A stretch of DNA of 64,000 nucleotides from Bacteroidia bacterium (GCA_018058135.1 JAGPCK010000001.1:60617-124616); one strand, 5' to 3'. Shown: positions 1 to 10,628, counted from the first letter of the stretch. The notes: generated by a model not told the origin, from the sequence alone. Made by a program: numbers and translations.

Positions 1-1178
1 GCCATGCCGCTTATCAAGGGCACTACCGACTTTCCGTTCAACCCGAACTGACGCATCAAACGATCCATTATGAAACTTACACGGGCCATGTAGCCGATAT
101 CTTCCAGAAAACTGATGAAGAAAAATAAAATCGCAATCTGAGGAATGAAAACAATCACACCGCTTAATCCTGCTACAATACCATGAATTAATAAATCATT
201 GAGCACACCTCCGGGCAAGGTGCTTTCTAACCAACCGGAGAAAAGAGTCATGCCTGCTTCCATCCACTCCATGGGATAAGAGGCTAAAGAAAAAATGGAT
301 TGAAACAACACAAACAACACCAGCAGAAAGAAAAGCAAACCAAAATACTTGTGTGTAATAACCCTGTCAATGCGATTGCTCCACGATGACCCTATAGAGG
401 CCGTAGCCTTACTACTGGTCTCTTGCAAAATGGCGTCTATCATGCGGTAGCGTACTACTACCTCATCTACCTGTTCTTTCTTTTCGCAAAACAAATGGCG
501 GGTAAGTATCTCCCTGAATTGTGTTAGTCGTTCTCCATCTTTAAATAACAGCAATTGGTTGTGTGTCCACAAAACGGCTGCGTATGTATTGGTAAGGCCA
601 AGAAATTTTTTGCACTCCTCAATCATAGCCGGATTGTATACCTGTGCATCTAAAAAAGGAGCCGTGGCCGAACGTTTAGCAGAAAGTAAAGCCTGCTTTA
701 TTTCTTCCACACCTTTCAGTTTGCGTACATTGGTGGGAATAATTTTTACACCCAACCGGCTCTCCAAGGTTTCATAATTGAAGAGTATCCCTTTACGGTC
801 GGCAATGTCAATCATGTTTAGGGCAAACACAATGGGCAGGCCCAAATCTGCCACCTGAGTAAACAGCAGCAGGTTACGTTTAAGGTTGCTGGCATCTGCA
901 ATAAAGAGCACCACGTCCGGCAAATCAGGATTCTCAGGGTCACACAAGCCACGAAAGGTGACTGCTTCATCTTCTGATTTAGGATACAAACTGTATGTGC
1001 CCGGTAAATCAACCAGACGAACCCGTGTTTTTGAATCAATGTTGAACAACCCGACCTTTTTATCTACGGTTGTACCCGCAAAGTTGCTCACCTTTTGGTT
1101 CAAACCTGTAAGTGCGTTAAACAACGATGTTTTACCGCAGTTCGGATTTCCTACCAAAGCTACTTTAATTTCGTGCAC
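1..1178 (-). CDS. feoB: Ferrous iron transporter FeoB. N-terminal G-domain and membrane part; the 3' end runs off the window.
   Basis: The reverse-strand translation begins VHEIKVALVGNPNCGKTSLFNALTG from a GTG at 1178. That GTG sits 1 nt after the feoA stop codon. The frame stays open to position 1 (..MDRLMRQFGLNGKSVVPLISGMA). The ORF track omits it because it is truncated at the window edge. Confidence 0.85.
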   Translation of the reverse strand, partial: MHEIKVALVGNPNCGKTSLFNALTGLNQKVSNFAGTTVDKKVGLFNIDSKTRVRLVDLPGTYSLYPKSEDEAVTFRGLCDPENPDLPDVVLFIADASNLKRNLLLFTQVADLGLPIVFALNMIDIADRKGILFNYETLESRLGVKIIPTNVRKLKGVEEIKQALLSAKRSATAPFLDAQVYNPAMIEECKKFLGLTNTYAAVLWTHNQLLLFKDGERLTQFREILTRHLFCEKKEQVDEVVVRYRMIDAILQETSSKATASIGSSWSNRIDRVITHKYFGLLFFLLVLFVLFQSIFSLASYPMEWMEAGMTLFSGWLESTLPGGVLNDLLIHGIVAGLSGVIVFIPQIAILFFFISFLEDIGYMARVSFIMDRLMRQFGLNGKSVVPLISGM

Positions 1179-1179
1179 G

Positions 1180-1401
1180 TTAATCGGGTATTATACTTAT
1201 GTAAGCTGCCTCGCTTTTACGAATACACAACTTGTACCCCTGCACTTGTATGGCAATGGGGTCGCCAAAAGGCGCCACATTTTCTACCACTACTTTTTCA
1301 CCCGGAAGGCAACCCATCTCGTAAAGTTTTACGGAGAGTTCCTCGTCTTCGATGAGTTGTATGGTGGCTGTGTGGCCCGGCTTAAGCTGTGATAATTTCA
1401 T
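1180..1401 (-). CDS. feoA: Ferrous iron transport protein FeoA
   Basis: 73 aa, MKLSQLKPGHTATIQLIEDEE..GCLPGEKVVV, a typical FeoA SH3-like sequence. ATG at 1401. Lies immediately upstream of feoB. Confidence 0.85.
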   Translation of the reverse strand: MKLSQLKPGHTATIQLIEDEELSVKLYEMGCLPGEKVVVENVAPFGDPIAIQVQGYKLCIRKSEAAYISIIPD

Positions 1402-1524
1402 GTTAAAAGCCCCGCAATTTAGACTATTTCTAAGGATAGCGCAAGAAGCCTGAATTTATTGGCTCTGATAGCAAAATAATTAATAAATGGGTAACTTCGC
1501 TTACTACCTTAAATACATAAGACT

Positions 1525-1944
1525 ATGACATCAACATCAAGCATTACCGTAGAGGTGAAAGTAAACGCTCCCCTCGAAAAAGTGTGGGACTACTGGACCA
1601 ACCCGCAACACATAGTGAATTGGAACTATGCCTCTGAGGACTGGCATGCCCCAAATGCCAGCAACGATTTACGGGTGGGCGGAAAATTCAATTCACGCAT
1701 GGAAGCCAAAGACGGTTCAATGGGTTTTGATTTTGAAGGCGAATACACCAGGGTGGAACAACACCTCGAAATTGAATATGTGCTGGCAGATGCGCGTAAA
1801 GTAAACATTCGCTTTGACCCTAATGGAAAAGAAACCACAGTTACCGAAACCTTCGACCCTGAAAACGAAAACACACTTGAATTACAACGAGCCGGCTGGC
1901 AAGCTATTCTGGATAATTTTAAGAGGTATACGGAGAGTAACTAG
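1525..1944 (+). CDS. SRPBCC-family protein (AHSA1 / polyketide-cyclase-like fold)
   Basis: 139 aa with the KVWDYWTNPQHIVNWN motif typical of the Aha1/SRPBCC superfamily. ATG start. Confidence 0.6.
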   Translation: MTSTSSITVEVKVNAPLEKVWDYWTNPQHIVNWNYASEDWHAPNASNDLRVGGKFNSRMEAKDGSMGFDFEGEYTRVEQHLEIEYVLADARKVNIRFDPNGKETTVTETFDPENENTLELQRAGWQAILDNFKRYTESN

Positions 1945-2014
1945 CACTTCACTATATCCCAATATTGGCCTTCTTAAAAATGCACAGGTTTGATAAAGCA
2001 ACTTTATTGAATAC

Positions 2015-2704
2015 ATGAAAAGTAGATCGCGTAACATGAATTACAAAAAATTTGTTGAAGCGAAAAAGTATCTCTTCATTGATTACCTTAGCTTAGTTCT
2101 AATTCTATTAGGCCTAACCAGTTTATCTTGTAATAATGATGACAGGACGATTGTGTCCTTTTCTTTTCAGCAAAAAGACACCGTTCCATCCTTTGAAGTA
2201 GTTTTTATCAAATCCGATAATGCTTACCAACTATCTTCCTATTCAAGCAAACAGAAAAAAACGTATGAAATCTCTTATTTGGAAGATGACTTTGGGATAC
2301 ATATTATACAAAAAGATACTAAGAGAAAAACTGCATATAGCTTCTCACAATTGGATACCACTTTCTTACATGAAGTGATTTGTCCTGCATTTTTCGACTA
2401 TTCTTCGACCTTAAAAAGAGTATTCTACATTCCACATAGGCAGCAGAGATTAGTAGTTTACGAGTTTGTTTGCAATTCACGCCAGGGAGAAGATAGTGAA
2501 TTCATGTTATACTATTTAAAGGAACATGGTTTTGTAGCTTTGTTCAATGCAAACTTCGATGCTCTTTTCAGAGTCAAAAAAATACTCAACACTAATGACA
2601 CACACATTAGTTCAAACATTCTTTTTGTATCAAATCATATTGCTGACAGTATTGAAACTACAAGAAAGTTATTGTTTGATAACTTAGGAGGTAAGCTTCC
2701 TTAG
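2015..2704 (+). CDS. Hypothetical AT-rich secreted protein or lipoprotein
   Basis: 229 aa with an N-terminal hydrophobic segment LVLILLGLTSLSC. No recognisable domain. An alternative ATG lies at 2036. Confidence 0.45.
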   Translation: MKSRSRNMNYKKFVEAKKYLFIDYLSLVLILLGLTSLSCNNDDRTIVSFSFQQKDTVPSFEVVFIKSDNAYQLSSYSSKQKKTYEISYLEDDFGIHIIQKDTKRKTAYSFSQLDTTFLHEVICPAFFDYSSTLKRVFYIPHRQQRLVVYEFVCNSRQGEDSEFMLYYLKEHGFVALFNANFDALFRVKKILNTNDTHISSNILFVSNHIADSIETTRKLLFDNLGGKLP

Positions 2705-2724
2705 CCAATCTTAAATTGTGTCCA

Positions 2725-2936
2725 TTGGTTGGCAAGAGAATCCGTCACGCAATGCGAAGAAATGAAACGGAATTTTATGTTGGCCTACGGGAACACGCCC
2801 AGTTGCAGGTAGCTGGTGGCCAGTTTGTCAATACCGTTTACAAAAGCTGCGGTTCGGAGGTCTTTAATTTCGCGGTTGTGGTTACGTATGTCAAACAATT
2901 CATTGGTGGCACCAATCATGGCATCTTCTATACCTG
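2725..2936 (-). pseudogene. Partial diverged copy A of the gdh 3' end (last ~53 codons plus ~95 bp downstream), about 90% identical to 15315..15553
   Basis: Direct alignment to the true gdh terminus. It would encode ..IGATNELFDIRNHNREIKDLRTAAFVNGIDKLATSYLQLGVFP* and shares the downstream string gaagaaatgaaa.ggaattttatgttgg.cctacgggaacac. The ORF track lists the 73-aa remnant at 2785..3006. Confidence 0.8.
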
Positions 2937-3046
2937 ATACATTGGCATTGAACAAATAATTTGTCTTAAAATTAAAGAAAATGTTGGCCATTTGTATGAC
3001 CAACATTTAACTTTTGTGATGATGTGAAAAATCAGGTTCCTTTGGA

Positions 3047-6000
3047 TTACTCTACCAAAAATCTGACAGAGGCCTGTGCAGAATTGCCTAATGTTTTCAC
3101 CCGCATATAATATATACCAGCGGCAGCACCCACTGGCACCATCACCTCTGTTTGGTTGTTGACTGGTTGCGTTGAAATAAGCTGCCCGAGTGCATTGTAG
3201 ATATCTATCTGCTCAACCGGCAATGCTGAAACTACTTTCACCATATTTCTGGCCGGATTAGGGAACAGGTTTACTGTTTGTTGAGATATCTCCGCAACTC
3301 CAGATGAAAGTGCATTCACAGGTTCGCAGGATGACAAGGATGAACAACCATTCAACGTTACCTCCACCTTGTAGCTGCCGCTCACCAGCACTTTCAGGTA
3401 ACTGGAGGTTGCGCCATTCACCGGCTGATTGTTGGCACAATTCATCCACTGATAATTTGCCCCTGTTGTTTCAACTACACGAATGGTATCCTGACTCACT
3501 GAAATGGTAGCTAAGGGCAAAGGAGTTACTCCCATTTCAACCACATTGCTGGTGGCCGTTGAAGTACTTAAGCAACCCGCATTGCTGGTCATGGTGCAAC
3601 TTACCTTATCCTGATTAGCCAGACTACTGCTGCTGAATGTCGCTGCATTATTGCCTGCATTTGTACCATTTATTTTCCATTGATAGGAGGGTAAGGATCC
3701 TCCATTAACAGGGGTGGCTGTAAAGGCAACCAGCGTACCCGCACAAACATCCGAATCAGAAACAGATACAGATACTTCAGGTGTAACTGTTCCTGTGGTG
3801 AAGGTGATGAGGTTGCTTGTAGCGGCATTGGTAGTAACACATCCGGCACTGCTGGTCATGATACAACTCACTTGATCCGTTGCAGTAAGGCCGGATGAGG
3901 AGAATCCCGATGAGTCATTACCCACATTTGCGCTATTGATTCTCCATTGATAGGATGGTGTAGCACCTCCATTAACAGGGGTGGCATTGAAGTACACCGT
4001 TACCCCTGTGCACAGCACCGTTTGACTGGCCGAAATAGTGATTACTGGAGTTGATGGGGCGTTTACCGTAATGGTTACAGCTGTAGAGGTGGCATTTGTG
4101 GGACTTGCACAAGCCGCATTTGAAGTGAGCACACAGGTAACCACATCTCCATTGGCGAGTGTACTTGTTACCAGTGATGCTGCATTACTACTTGTATTAT
4201 TGCCATTTACTTTCCACTGGTAAGCCGGACTACTTCCTTCGTTGGTAACGGTTGCTGTGAAAGTAACCGACTCCCCTTGACAAATATTGGAGGATGAAGC
4301 CGAAACCGATATGGTTGGGGTTACTGCAGAGGTAACACTAACCGTAACGGCATTGCTGGTGGCCGTAGAGGAGGTAAGGCAACTTGCATTGCTCGTCATT
4401 ACACACGTAATCTGGTCGCCATTCGTCAGGTTATTCACCACAAAACTGTCGGCATTGGTGCCTGTGTTGTTGCCATTCACTTTCCATTGATAAGATGGTG
4501 AAGTACCTCCATTGGTTGGGGTAGCATAAAACGCTACGCTTGCGCCAGAACAAATAGTCGTACTTGCTGAGGTGACACTTACCGAAGGTGTGATTGACTG
4601 GGTGGTGAGTGTAATGGCATTGCTGGTGGATGTGGTGGTGGTAACACAAGCTGCGTTGCTGGTCATCACACAGGTTACCTGATCGTTGTTTGAAAAAGTA
4701 TTTGATGCAAAGGTGGCTTGATTGGCGCCTGCATTATTCCCATTTACTTTCCATTGATAAGACGGTGAAGCACCTCCGTTTGATGGTGTTGCTGTAAAAG
4801 TAACCGTTGCACCGCTGCAAATAGAAGTCTGACTGGCTGTAATACTCACCGTTGGTGTAGTAACTGATTGCACCGTCATGGTTACTGCATTTGAAGTAAC
4901 GTTCATAGGGTTTGCACATGCAGCCGAAGAAGTAACCACGCAGGTTACTACCTGACCATTGGTGAGGCTGCTTGTTGTAAAAGAGGCACTGTTTGTTCCC
5001 GCATTCACTGTATCTGTTTTCCATTGATAAGATGGGCTTACTCCTCCATTGGTTACAGTTGCATTAAATGTTGCACTAGCACCACTACAAATAGTGGTCT
5101 GCTGTGTGTTGATACTTACAGAAGGAGTTACATTGGCATTTACAGTAACAGTGATTGTATTGCTGGTGGCGGTAGAGGTGGTAAGGCAACTGGCATTGCT
5201 GGTCATCGCACAAGTTACCTGATCATTATTGGCCAGTGTAGTTGAGGTAAATGTTGCCGAGTTAGTACCAACATTGTTCCCATTCACTTTCCATTGATAA
5301 GAAGGTGCCGTACCTCCATTTGTTGGGGAAGCCGTGAACGTAACAGAGGTACCCGCACACAAAGTAGCACTGCCTGTACTAATGTTTAGTGAAGGTGTTA
5401 TAGACTGGGTGGTCATGGTGATGACATTGCTTGTAGCTGTGGCAGAAGTAACACAACTTGCACTGCTGGTCATTACACAACTTACCTGATCATTATTCGC
5501 TAATGTATTTGTTGAAAATGTAACTGAGTTGGTACCTGCATTGTTCCCGTTAATTTTCCATTGGTAAGATGGGGTTGTTCCTCCGTTGGAAGGTGTAGCT
5601 GTAAACGTAACTGTGACCCCTGAACAAATAGATGTCTGACTTGCCGTAATACTTACCGATGGTGTAACAGGCTGGGAAACTGTTACAGTAATCTGATTTG
5701 AAACAGCCAATGAAGGAATGGGACAAGGCAGGCTCGACACCATGGTACATCTAATGGAATCACCAGTAGCCAGATTTGATGGCGTGTAGGTGGCAGAGTT
5801 GGTGCCAACATTTGTTCCGTTTCGTTTCCACTGAAACACCGGACTCGTTCCTCCATTGGTGGGATTTGCCGTGAAGGTTACCTGACTGCCTGCACATACT
5901 GTAGTTTGTGAAGCACTGATTTGAACGGAAACATTCACGGTAGCCGAAGAAGTAACATTTAAACTGGCTGCAGAGGAGTTTCCACATGAGTTCACTGCAC

Positions 6001-8701
6001 GAACTGTAATGGTACCTCCGCTTGTACCCGGAGTAAGCGTTATGCTGTCGTTGGTAGATGTACCTGTCCACCCGGCAGGTCGTGTCCATGAATAAGAAGA
6101 GGCTCCGTTAACAGGAGTTGTGTAATACAATTTGGGGGAGAGTGCACATGTGCTCGTATCGCCATAAATAGCACCGGGTGCAGCAGGTGTTGTATTAACG
6201 GTGAGGGTAGCAGACGATGATGTGTCTGAACCTTCGGGACTGTAGCCAATACATCGGAATAAATGTCCGCCCATGGCAAGCGTAACTCCCGTAACCACTA
6301 CGCTACTGCTATTGGTTCCGCTGTACACACTCGAATTTTTCAGATGTACAAATCCTCCGCCACTATCAATTTGCCACTGATAAAAAGCAGTGGCGGAAGC
6401 CGTGAGAGTGACACTAAACGTTGCGTTAAGTCCAACACAGGCACTCACCGATGTAGGGTTTCCGATAGAAGGATTAAAATTAGAATAGGTATAACAGCTA
6501 TTATAAGTGCTTGCATTGGTGGTATTGCCTGTACCCAACTGACCGCTGGTATTTAACCCTGAAAGACAATTTTGGTTACGGTTAGTTTTTATTATCCCGC
6601 TAAAACCGGCACCAGCCGTAACGGCCTGTACTTGGGAGGCATTGTTAACCGGAAAAATTCTGCCGGTTGTAGAGTTATCCCCCAACTGACCATAGGTGTT
6701 TGCGCCCCAACCCCAACCACTGCCGGTATTGCGTATGGCGATACAAAAATCAGCTCCGGCATCAACATCCATCCAGCACGTATCATTGGTTGGTGTTTTG
6801 GTTACAATTTTAATTGGTGTGGTTCGGGTTACTGTTGTGCTGTCACCCAATTGTCCATTGCTGTTTAATCCCCAACTCCATAATGAACCATCGCAACGTA
6901 AACCCACAGAATGCGAGTTACCCCCGCTGGCTTTAAGCCATAGTGCTGATGTGCCAATTTGTGCCGGTGCAGTTCTGTCGGTGGTTGCGCCATCGCCCAG
7001 TTGCGAACTGTTGTTGCGTCCCCAGGCCCAGATGGTGCCGTTTGATCTTACTGCGAGACTATGGTCTAATCCTGTAGCAATACTTACCCATGAATTTGCC
7101 GTTCCAATCTGTATAGGTGCAGTGCGGGTGGTAACAGTTCCATCACCCAGTTGTCCATAGGTATTTCTACCCCAGGCCCACAAGGTACCATCTGAACGAA
7201 GTCCCAGGCTATGATTGTCGCCTGCAGCAATGGCTACCCAATTATTTGCTGTTCCAATTTGAAGAGGAACACTCTTATTTACTGTTGTACCATCACCTAA
7301 TTGACCAAATGTATTTTTGCCCCAGGCCCATAAGGTACCATCAGCTCTGATGCCGAGCGAAAAGGAACTTCCTGTTGCTACACATTTCCAATTAGACGCT
7401 GTGCCGATGGTAACACGGGTAAGTCTGTTGGTAGAAGAAGCATCACCCAACTCTCCAGATGAATTTTGCCCCCAGGCCAGCAGCCTGCCACTGTTTGCTA
7501 TCATCAGGTTGTGAGCATAGCCTGAAGCATGTTCTACCCAACCAAAGCTAGTGCTTACCGGAACAAAATATGAAAAACTACTGGTTGATCCTTTACCCAA
7601 TTGACCTACCGCACTGGTGCCTGCTCCATTCAACACACCGTTTGCCTGCAAGGCAAATGAAAAACCATCCCCAATTGTAATGGCTACTACATTTAAAAAA
7701 TTTATTGCTTGAACAAATGAAGTTCTGCCAGCAACCGTTCCATCGGCCAATTGTCCATCGTTGTTGTTACCCGAACCCCACACCGTTCCATCTGCTTTTA
7801 ATGCAAGCGTATGTGAAGCACCTGCCTGCACCATTACCCATGTGCTTAAAGAACCTATCTGATAATAACCGTTGGTTACATTGCCTGTACCCAACTGACC
7901 CCAACTGTTGCTACCCCACCCCCACAAAGTACCATTGCTTTTGATACCCATGCTGTGTTGTTCTCCAGCCGATACTTGTACCCAGTTATTATCTGTACCA
8001 ACCTGCACAGGAGTTACATTTGTTGTAGCCGTGCCTGTGCCGAGTTTATTGAATATATTGTCGCCCCAACCCCATAAGGTACCGTTTGACTTAATGGCAA
8101 GTGAATGTGTATAGCCTGCCGTGATATAAATCCAGTCGTTGGCAGTACCTAAGCGAACCGGTGCATTTCTGTTGGTAGTTGAACCATCACCCACCTGACC
8201 ATTGTTGTTAAATCCCCACCCCCATAAACTGCCGTCAGCTTTTAGTGCAAGCGAGTGCCCATTGCCTGCTGCCACACTAATCCAATCATTGGCGGTACCA
8301 ATGCGCACCGGAAAACTGCGGCTGGTAGTAGAGCCATCACCCACCTGACCGTAGTTGTTTCTTCCCCAACCCCACAAACTGCCATCAGCTCGAACGGCTA
8401 GTGAATGCGAAATGCCCGCACTCACTACACTCCAGTTGGTGGCTGAGCCAATTTTTTTTGGCGCCAGTCTGTTAGTTGTGCTGCTATCTCCCAATTGTCC
8501 AAAGTCGTTTTTACCCCAGGCCCATAACTCGCCTCTGCGCACCTCCAAACAAAAAGCATTACCTGCATCTGCACGCTGTGCTGCCACATTGCAAGAGCCT
8601 GATTTCTGAATATTGCGCCTCGATGCCTGTGCCCACACATCAGTTGTGGCCAGAAACATAAGTAATGTATGCAACAACAAATATTTTCTAATCCCTTTCA
8701 T
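3047..8701 (-). CDS. 1884-aa secreted T9SS cargo. Signal peptide, RCC1-type beta-propeller repeats, about 10 tandem Ig-like repeats (YQW(K/R)xNG ... C ... C), a pre-CTD Ig-like module, and a type A T9SS C-terminal sorting domain.
   Basis: N-terminus MKGIRKYLLLHTLLMFLATTDVWAQ. RCC1 signatures repeat as WGWGxNxxGQLGDGST, e.g. WAWGKNDFGQLGDSST and WGWGRNNYGQVGDGST. Roughly 95-aa repeats such as SPSYQWKVNGNNVGTNSATF...DQVTCxMTSNASC recur at about 70% aa identity. The C-terminus LFPNPARNMVKVV...GIYYMRVK is a Por_Secre_tail. Confidence 0.85.
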   Translation of the reverse strand: MKGIRKYLLLHTLLMFLATTDVWAQASRRNIQKSGSCNVAAQRADAGNAFCLEVRRGELWAWGKNDFGQLGDSSTTNRLAPKKIGSATNWSVVSAGISHSLAVRADGSLWGWGRNNYGQVGDGSTTSRSFPVRIGTANDWISVAAGNGHSLALKADGSLWGWGFNNNGQVGDGSTTNRNAPVRLGTANDWIYITAGYTHSLAIKSNGTLWGWGDNIFNKLGTGTATTNVTPVQVGTDNNWVQVSAGEQHSMGIKSNGTLWGWGSNSWGQLGTGNVTNGYYQIGSLSTWVMVQAGASHTLALKADGTVWGSGNNNDGQLADGTVAGRTSFVQAINFLNVVAITIGDGFSFALQANGVLNGAGTSAVGQLGKGSTSSFSYFVPVSTSFGWVEHASGYAHNLMIANSGRLLAWGQNSSGELGDASSTNRLTRVTIGTASNWKCVATGSSFSLGIRADGTLWAWGKNTFGQLGDGTTVNKSVPLQIGTANNWVAIAAGDNHSLGLRSDGTLWAWGRNTYGQLGDGTVTTRTAPIQIGTANSWVSIATGLDHSLAVRSNGTIWAWGRNNSSQLGDGATTDRTAPAQIGTSALWLKASGGNSHSVGLRCDGSLWSWGLNSNGQLGDSTTVTRTTPIKIVTKTPTNDTCWMDVDAGADFCIAIRNTGSGWGWGANTYGQLGDNSTTGRIFPVNNASQVQAVTAGAGFSGIIKTNRNQNCLSGLNTSGQLGTGNTTNASTYNSCYTYSNFNPSIGNPTSVSACVGLNATFSVTLTASATAFYQWQIDSGGGFVHLKNSSVYSGTNSSSVVVTGVTLAMGGHLFRCIGYSPEGSDTSSSATLTVNTTPAAPGAIYGDTSTCALSPKLYYTTPVNGASSYSWTRPAGWTGTSTNDSITLTPGTSGGTITVRAVNSCGNSSAASLNVTSSATVNVSVQISASQTTVCAGSQVTFTANPTNGGTSPVFQWKRNGTNVGTNSATYTPSNLATGDSIRCTMVSSLPCPIPSLAVSNQITVTVSQPVTPSVSITASQTSICSGVTVTFTATPSNGGTTPSYQWKINGNNAGTNSVTFSTNTLANNDQVSCVMTSSASCVTSATATSNVITMTTQSITPSLNISTGSATLCAGTSVTFTASPTNGGTAPSYQWKVNGNNVGTNSATFTSTTLANNDQVTCAMTSNASCLTTSTATSNTITVTVNANVTPSVSINTQQTTICSGASATFNATVTNGGVSPSYQWKTDTVNAGTNSASFTTSSLTNGQVVTCVVTSSAACANPMNVTSNAVTMTVQSVTTPTVSITASQTSICSGATVTFTATPSNGGASPSYQWKVNGNNAGANQATFASNTFSNNDQVTCVMTSNAACVTTTTSTSNAITLTTQSITPSVSVTSASTTICSGASVAFYATPTNGGTSPSYQWKVNGNNTGTNADSFVVNNLTNGDQITCVMTSNASCLTSSTATSNAVTVSVTSAVTPTISVSASSSNICQGESVTFTATVTNEGSSPAYQWKVNGNNTSSNAASLVTSTLANGDVVTCVLTSNAACASPTNATSTAVTITVNAPSTPVITISASQTVLCTGVTVYFNATPVNGGATPSYQWRINSANVGNDSSGFSSSGLTATDQVSCIMTSSAGCVTTNAATSNLITFTTGTVTPEVSVSVSDSDVCAGTLVAFTATPVNGGSLPSYQWKINGTNAGNNAATFSSSSLANQDKVSCTMTSNAGCLSTSTATSNVVEMGVTPLPLATISVSQDTIRVVETTGANYQWMNCANNQPVNGATSSYLKVLVSGSYKVEVTLNGCSSLSSCEPVNALSSGVAEISQQTVNLFPNPARNMVKVVSALPVEQIDIYNALGQLISTQPVNNQTEVMVPVGAAAGIYYMRVKTLGNSAQASVRFLVE
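3420..6320. repeat. Tandem ~290 bp coding repeats (the Ig-like units) inside the 3047..8701 gene
   Basis: About 10 repeat units are visible at protein level. Several are near-identical at nucleotide level, for example the SPSYQWKVNGNN units. Coordinates are approximate. Confidence 0.7.
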
Positions 8702-8726
8702 GACTTTATATTTTAATCACTTACTA

Positions 8727-10463
8727 TTAATTGCTCACTTTACAAAACCGGATATACGCAATACCATCATTGCCTTTTACTTGCAGGTAATAGACTCCGG
8801 GCTGCAATGCAGACACGTCAATAGATTTTGTGTGGGACATGCTTTTTTCATATGTCCTTCCTTCCATAGTTAAGATGGTAACATGTTGAACAGGAAAATT
8901 GGCCGATACCTGCAACCAATTCGTCACAGGGTTTGGATATACGCTTACGCGAAGGTTTGATGCTTCTGCAATTCCCGTGGCCGGATATGAAATACAAAGG
9001 CTCGTATCAATACAACCGCCCTGATTTATCACAACACAATAAGAACCTATGGTTGGTGGAAGAAATTCTTTAGATGTTGCCCCTGAAACAGGACTATACC
9101 CATTCCCACAATCCAGCCACTGATAGCTTGCCCTGTCCTGTTCTGAAATGAGCCTTCCTGACTGATAACTTACCTGTTTATTATTGATTCCTGTACATGT
9201 GCTGATAATCTGCAAGGCTACCAAATCCATATCCGAATTTTCGAACACATGACCTCCAATGATCAAACGGTTATTGCCAATAGCGTACATTCCTATAGTT
9301 TTTGTAGTCAAAGCGCTTGGAGAATAAATAGCAATAGAGGTATCCCTGAAACCATTGTCGCGGCTACCATCGGGAAGTAGTTTTCCAACGGCCATATAAC
9401 TGTTCCAACCATTAATTTGCTGAATATTTCCTGCATAATAAATATGGCCAGTGGCATCGGAGTGTAAACCATTCACCGCACCTGAATATCCAGATGGGTA
9501 GGTGAATGTCCCGCTATCTGCAAACAATGTATCGAGCGTTCCGTTGTTATTGAATCTTGACACCATCAAGTCATACCCATTTGCAGTGGCCACTCTACCT
9601 CCAACCAATATTTTGCCATCCGCTTGCAACAGCAGGCGATAGGCGTTAGAAGGTAGTGAATGAAATGCATGAAACCCTTTGGCGTTAAATGATGAATCAG
9701 GCTCACCACTTGCATGTAATTGAGCGAGCATCAAGACTTCAATTCCTGAAGTCAAACTTTGATTAATGTCACCAACTACCAGCATCTTACCTGAAGGAAG
9801 CAACTGCACATCATGTATACTTTTCCTTCTGCCTTTTTCTGACATTGGAACATACTTTAAGCCGGCATTCCCAAATGTAGCATCAGGTGTAGCATTGGGT
9901 AGTAAACGTAAAAGAAAAGCCGATGAGTCGGCCCTGCGGCCACCTTCACCGCCAATCAGAATTTTGTTGCCCGGTAATATGCGCAACACCCTATAGTTTG
10001 CATCAGGAACCTGTAACTGGTAATGGCCGCTCCCCTGGTTAAAACTTGTATCTAACGACCCATTAACATGGTACCTGCGTATAAACCATAAAAAAGCACT
10101 CTGCGAAACATAACCTCCCAACACAACAATTTTCCCATCCGATTGTATGCCTATATGACGAAATGAATCGTCATTATCGTTATTATACCTCACCTGTCCG
10201 TTTGTCCCGAAAGCACTGTCTGGTTTTCCATCGCTGGTAAAGCGGGCGAGTACGGCATCCGATCCCAGAACACCATTGTTAATTCTTCCGGCAATTAGCA
10301 CTTTATTATCCTGTTGAACCGCCACACTAAAACACTCATCATACCCCTGCACCTTCAGGTAAGCATAACCCGATTCTCCAAAACCCATATCTGGCAAACC
10401 TGATTGGGCAAACAATGCAATATTGAAAAAAAGTGTACTTAGAATAAATAGAAATGACTTCAT
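8727..10463 (-). CDS. Delta-60 repeat beta-propeller protein with pre-CTD Ig-like module and T9SS type A C-terminal sorting domain
   Basis: Signal peptide MKSFLFILSTLFFNIALFAQ, starting at the ATG at 10463. The track's 10496 start is a TTG. Delta-60-type motifs recur: NGSLDTSFN, PDATFGNAG, PDSSFNAKG, NGTLDTLFADSG. C-terminus VYPNPVTNWLQVS...GVYYLQVK. The gene ends 25 bp upstream of the start of the 1884-aa gene, so the two are probably co-transcribed. Confidence 0.8.
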   Translation of the reverse strand: MKSFLFILSTLFFNIALFAQSGLPDMGFGESGYAYLKVQGYDECFSVAVQQDNKVLIAGRINNGVLGSDAVLARFTSDGKPDSAFGTNGQVRYNNDNDDSFRHIGIQSDGKIVVLGGYVSQSAFLWFIRRYHVNGSLDTSFNQGSGHYQLQVPDANYRVLRILPGNKILIGGEGGRRADSSAFLLRLLPNATPDATFGNAGLKYVPMSEKGRRKSIHDVQLLPSGKMLVVGDINQSLTSGIEVLMLAQLHASGEPDSSFNAKGFHAFHSLPSNAYRLLLQADGKILVGGRVATANGYDLMVSRFNNNGTLDTLFADSGTFTYPSGYSGAVNGLHSDATGHIYYAGNIQQINGWNSYMAVGKLLPDGSRDNGFRDTSIAIYSPSALTTKTIGMYAIGNNRLIIGGHVFENSDMDLVALQIISTCTGINNKQVSYQSGRLISEQDRASYQWLDCGNGYSPVSGATSKEFLPPTIGSYCVVINQGGCIDTSLCISYPATGIAEASNLRVSVYPNPVTNWLQVSANFPVQHVTILTMEGRTYEKSMSHTKSIDVSALQPGVYYLQVKGNDGIAYIRFCKVSN

Positions 10464-10628
10464 AAGCTGTGTTTTTGATAGCAAAATTAAGAGCAAGTAA
10501 GGGCAGGCACTTATACTTGTAATTCAACTTACCATTCGGCACATAAACGAGGACAATAGGTCGTTTTTTTTGTAAATCCGTACTGGTCATTTGAACCGGA
10601 TAATGAAAAACCATTGTTTCTTTGCAAC

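Noticed and set aside
2716-2937. Plus-strand 73-aa ORF overlapping the gdh-end copy A, and the similar 15296..15547 ORF over the true gdh end
   Set aside because: Both are the antisense reading of the gdh terminus (..LQVAGGQFVNTVYKSC..). They arise only because the sequence is duplicated, and there is no independent support.
3258-8661. Numerous 60-154-aa ORFs on the plus strand inside the 3047..8701 gene, e.g. 4038..4223, 6263..6556, 6696..7160 and 8355..8609
   Set aside because: All lie antisense to or out of frame with a continuous, strongly supported 1884-aa coding frame with conserved domain motifs. Their translations are low-complexity mirror images of the repeat sequence.
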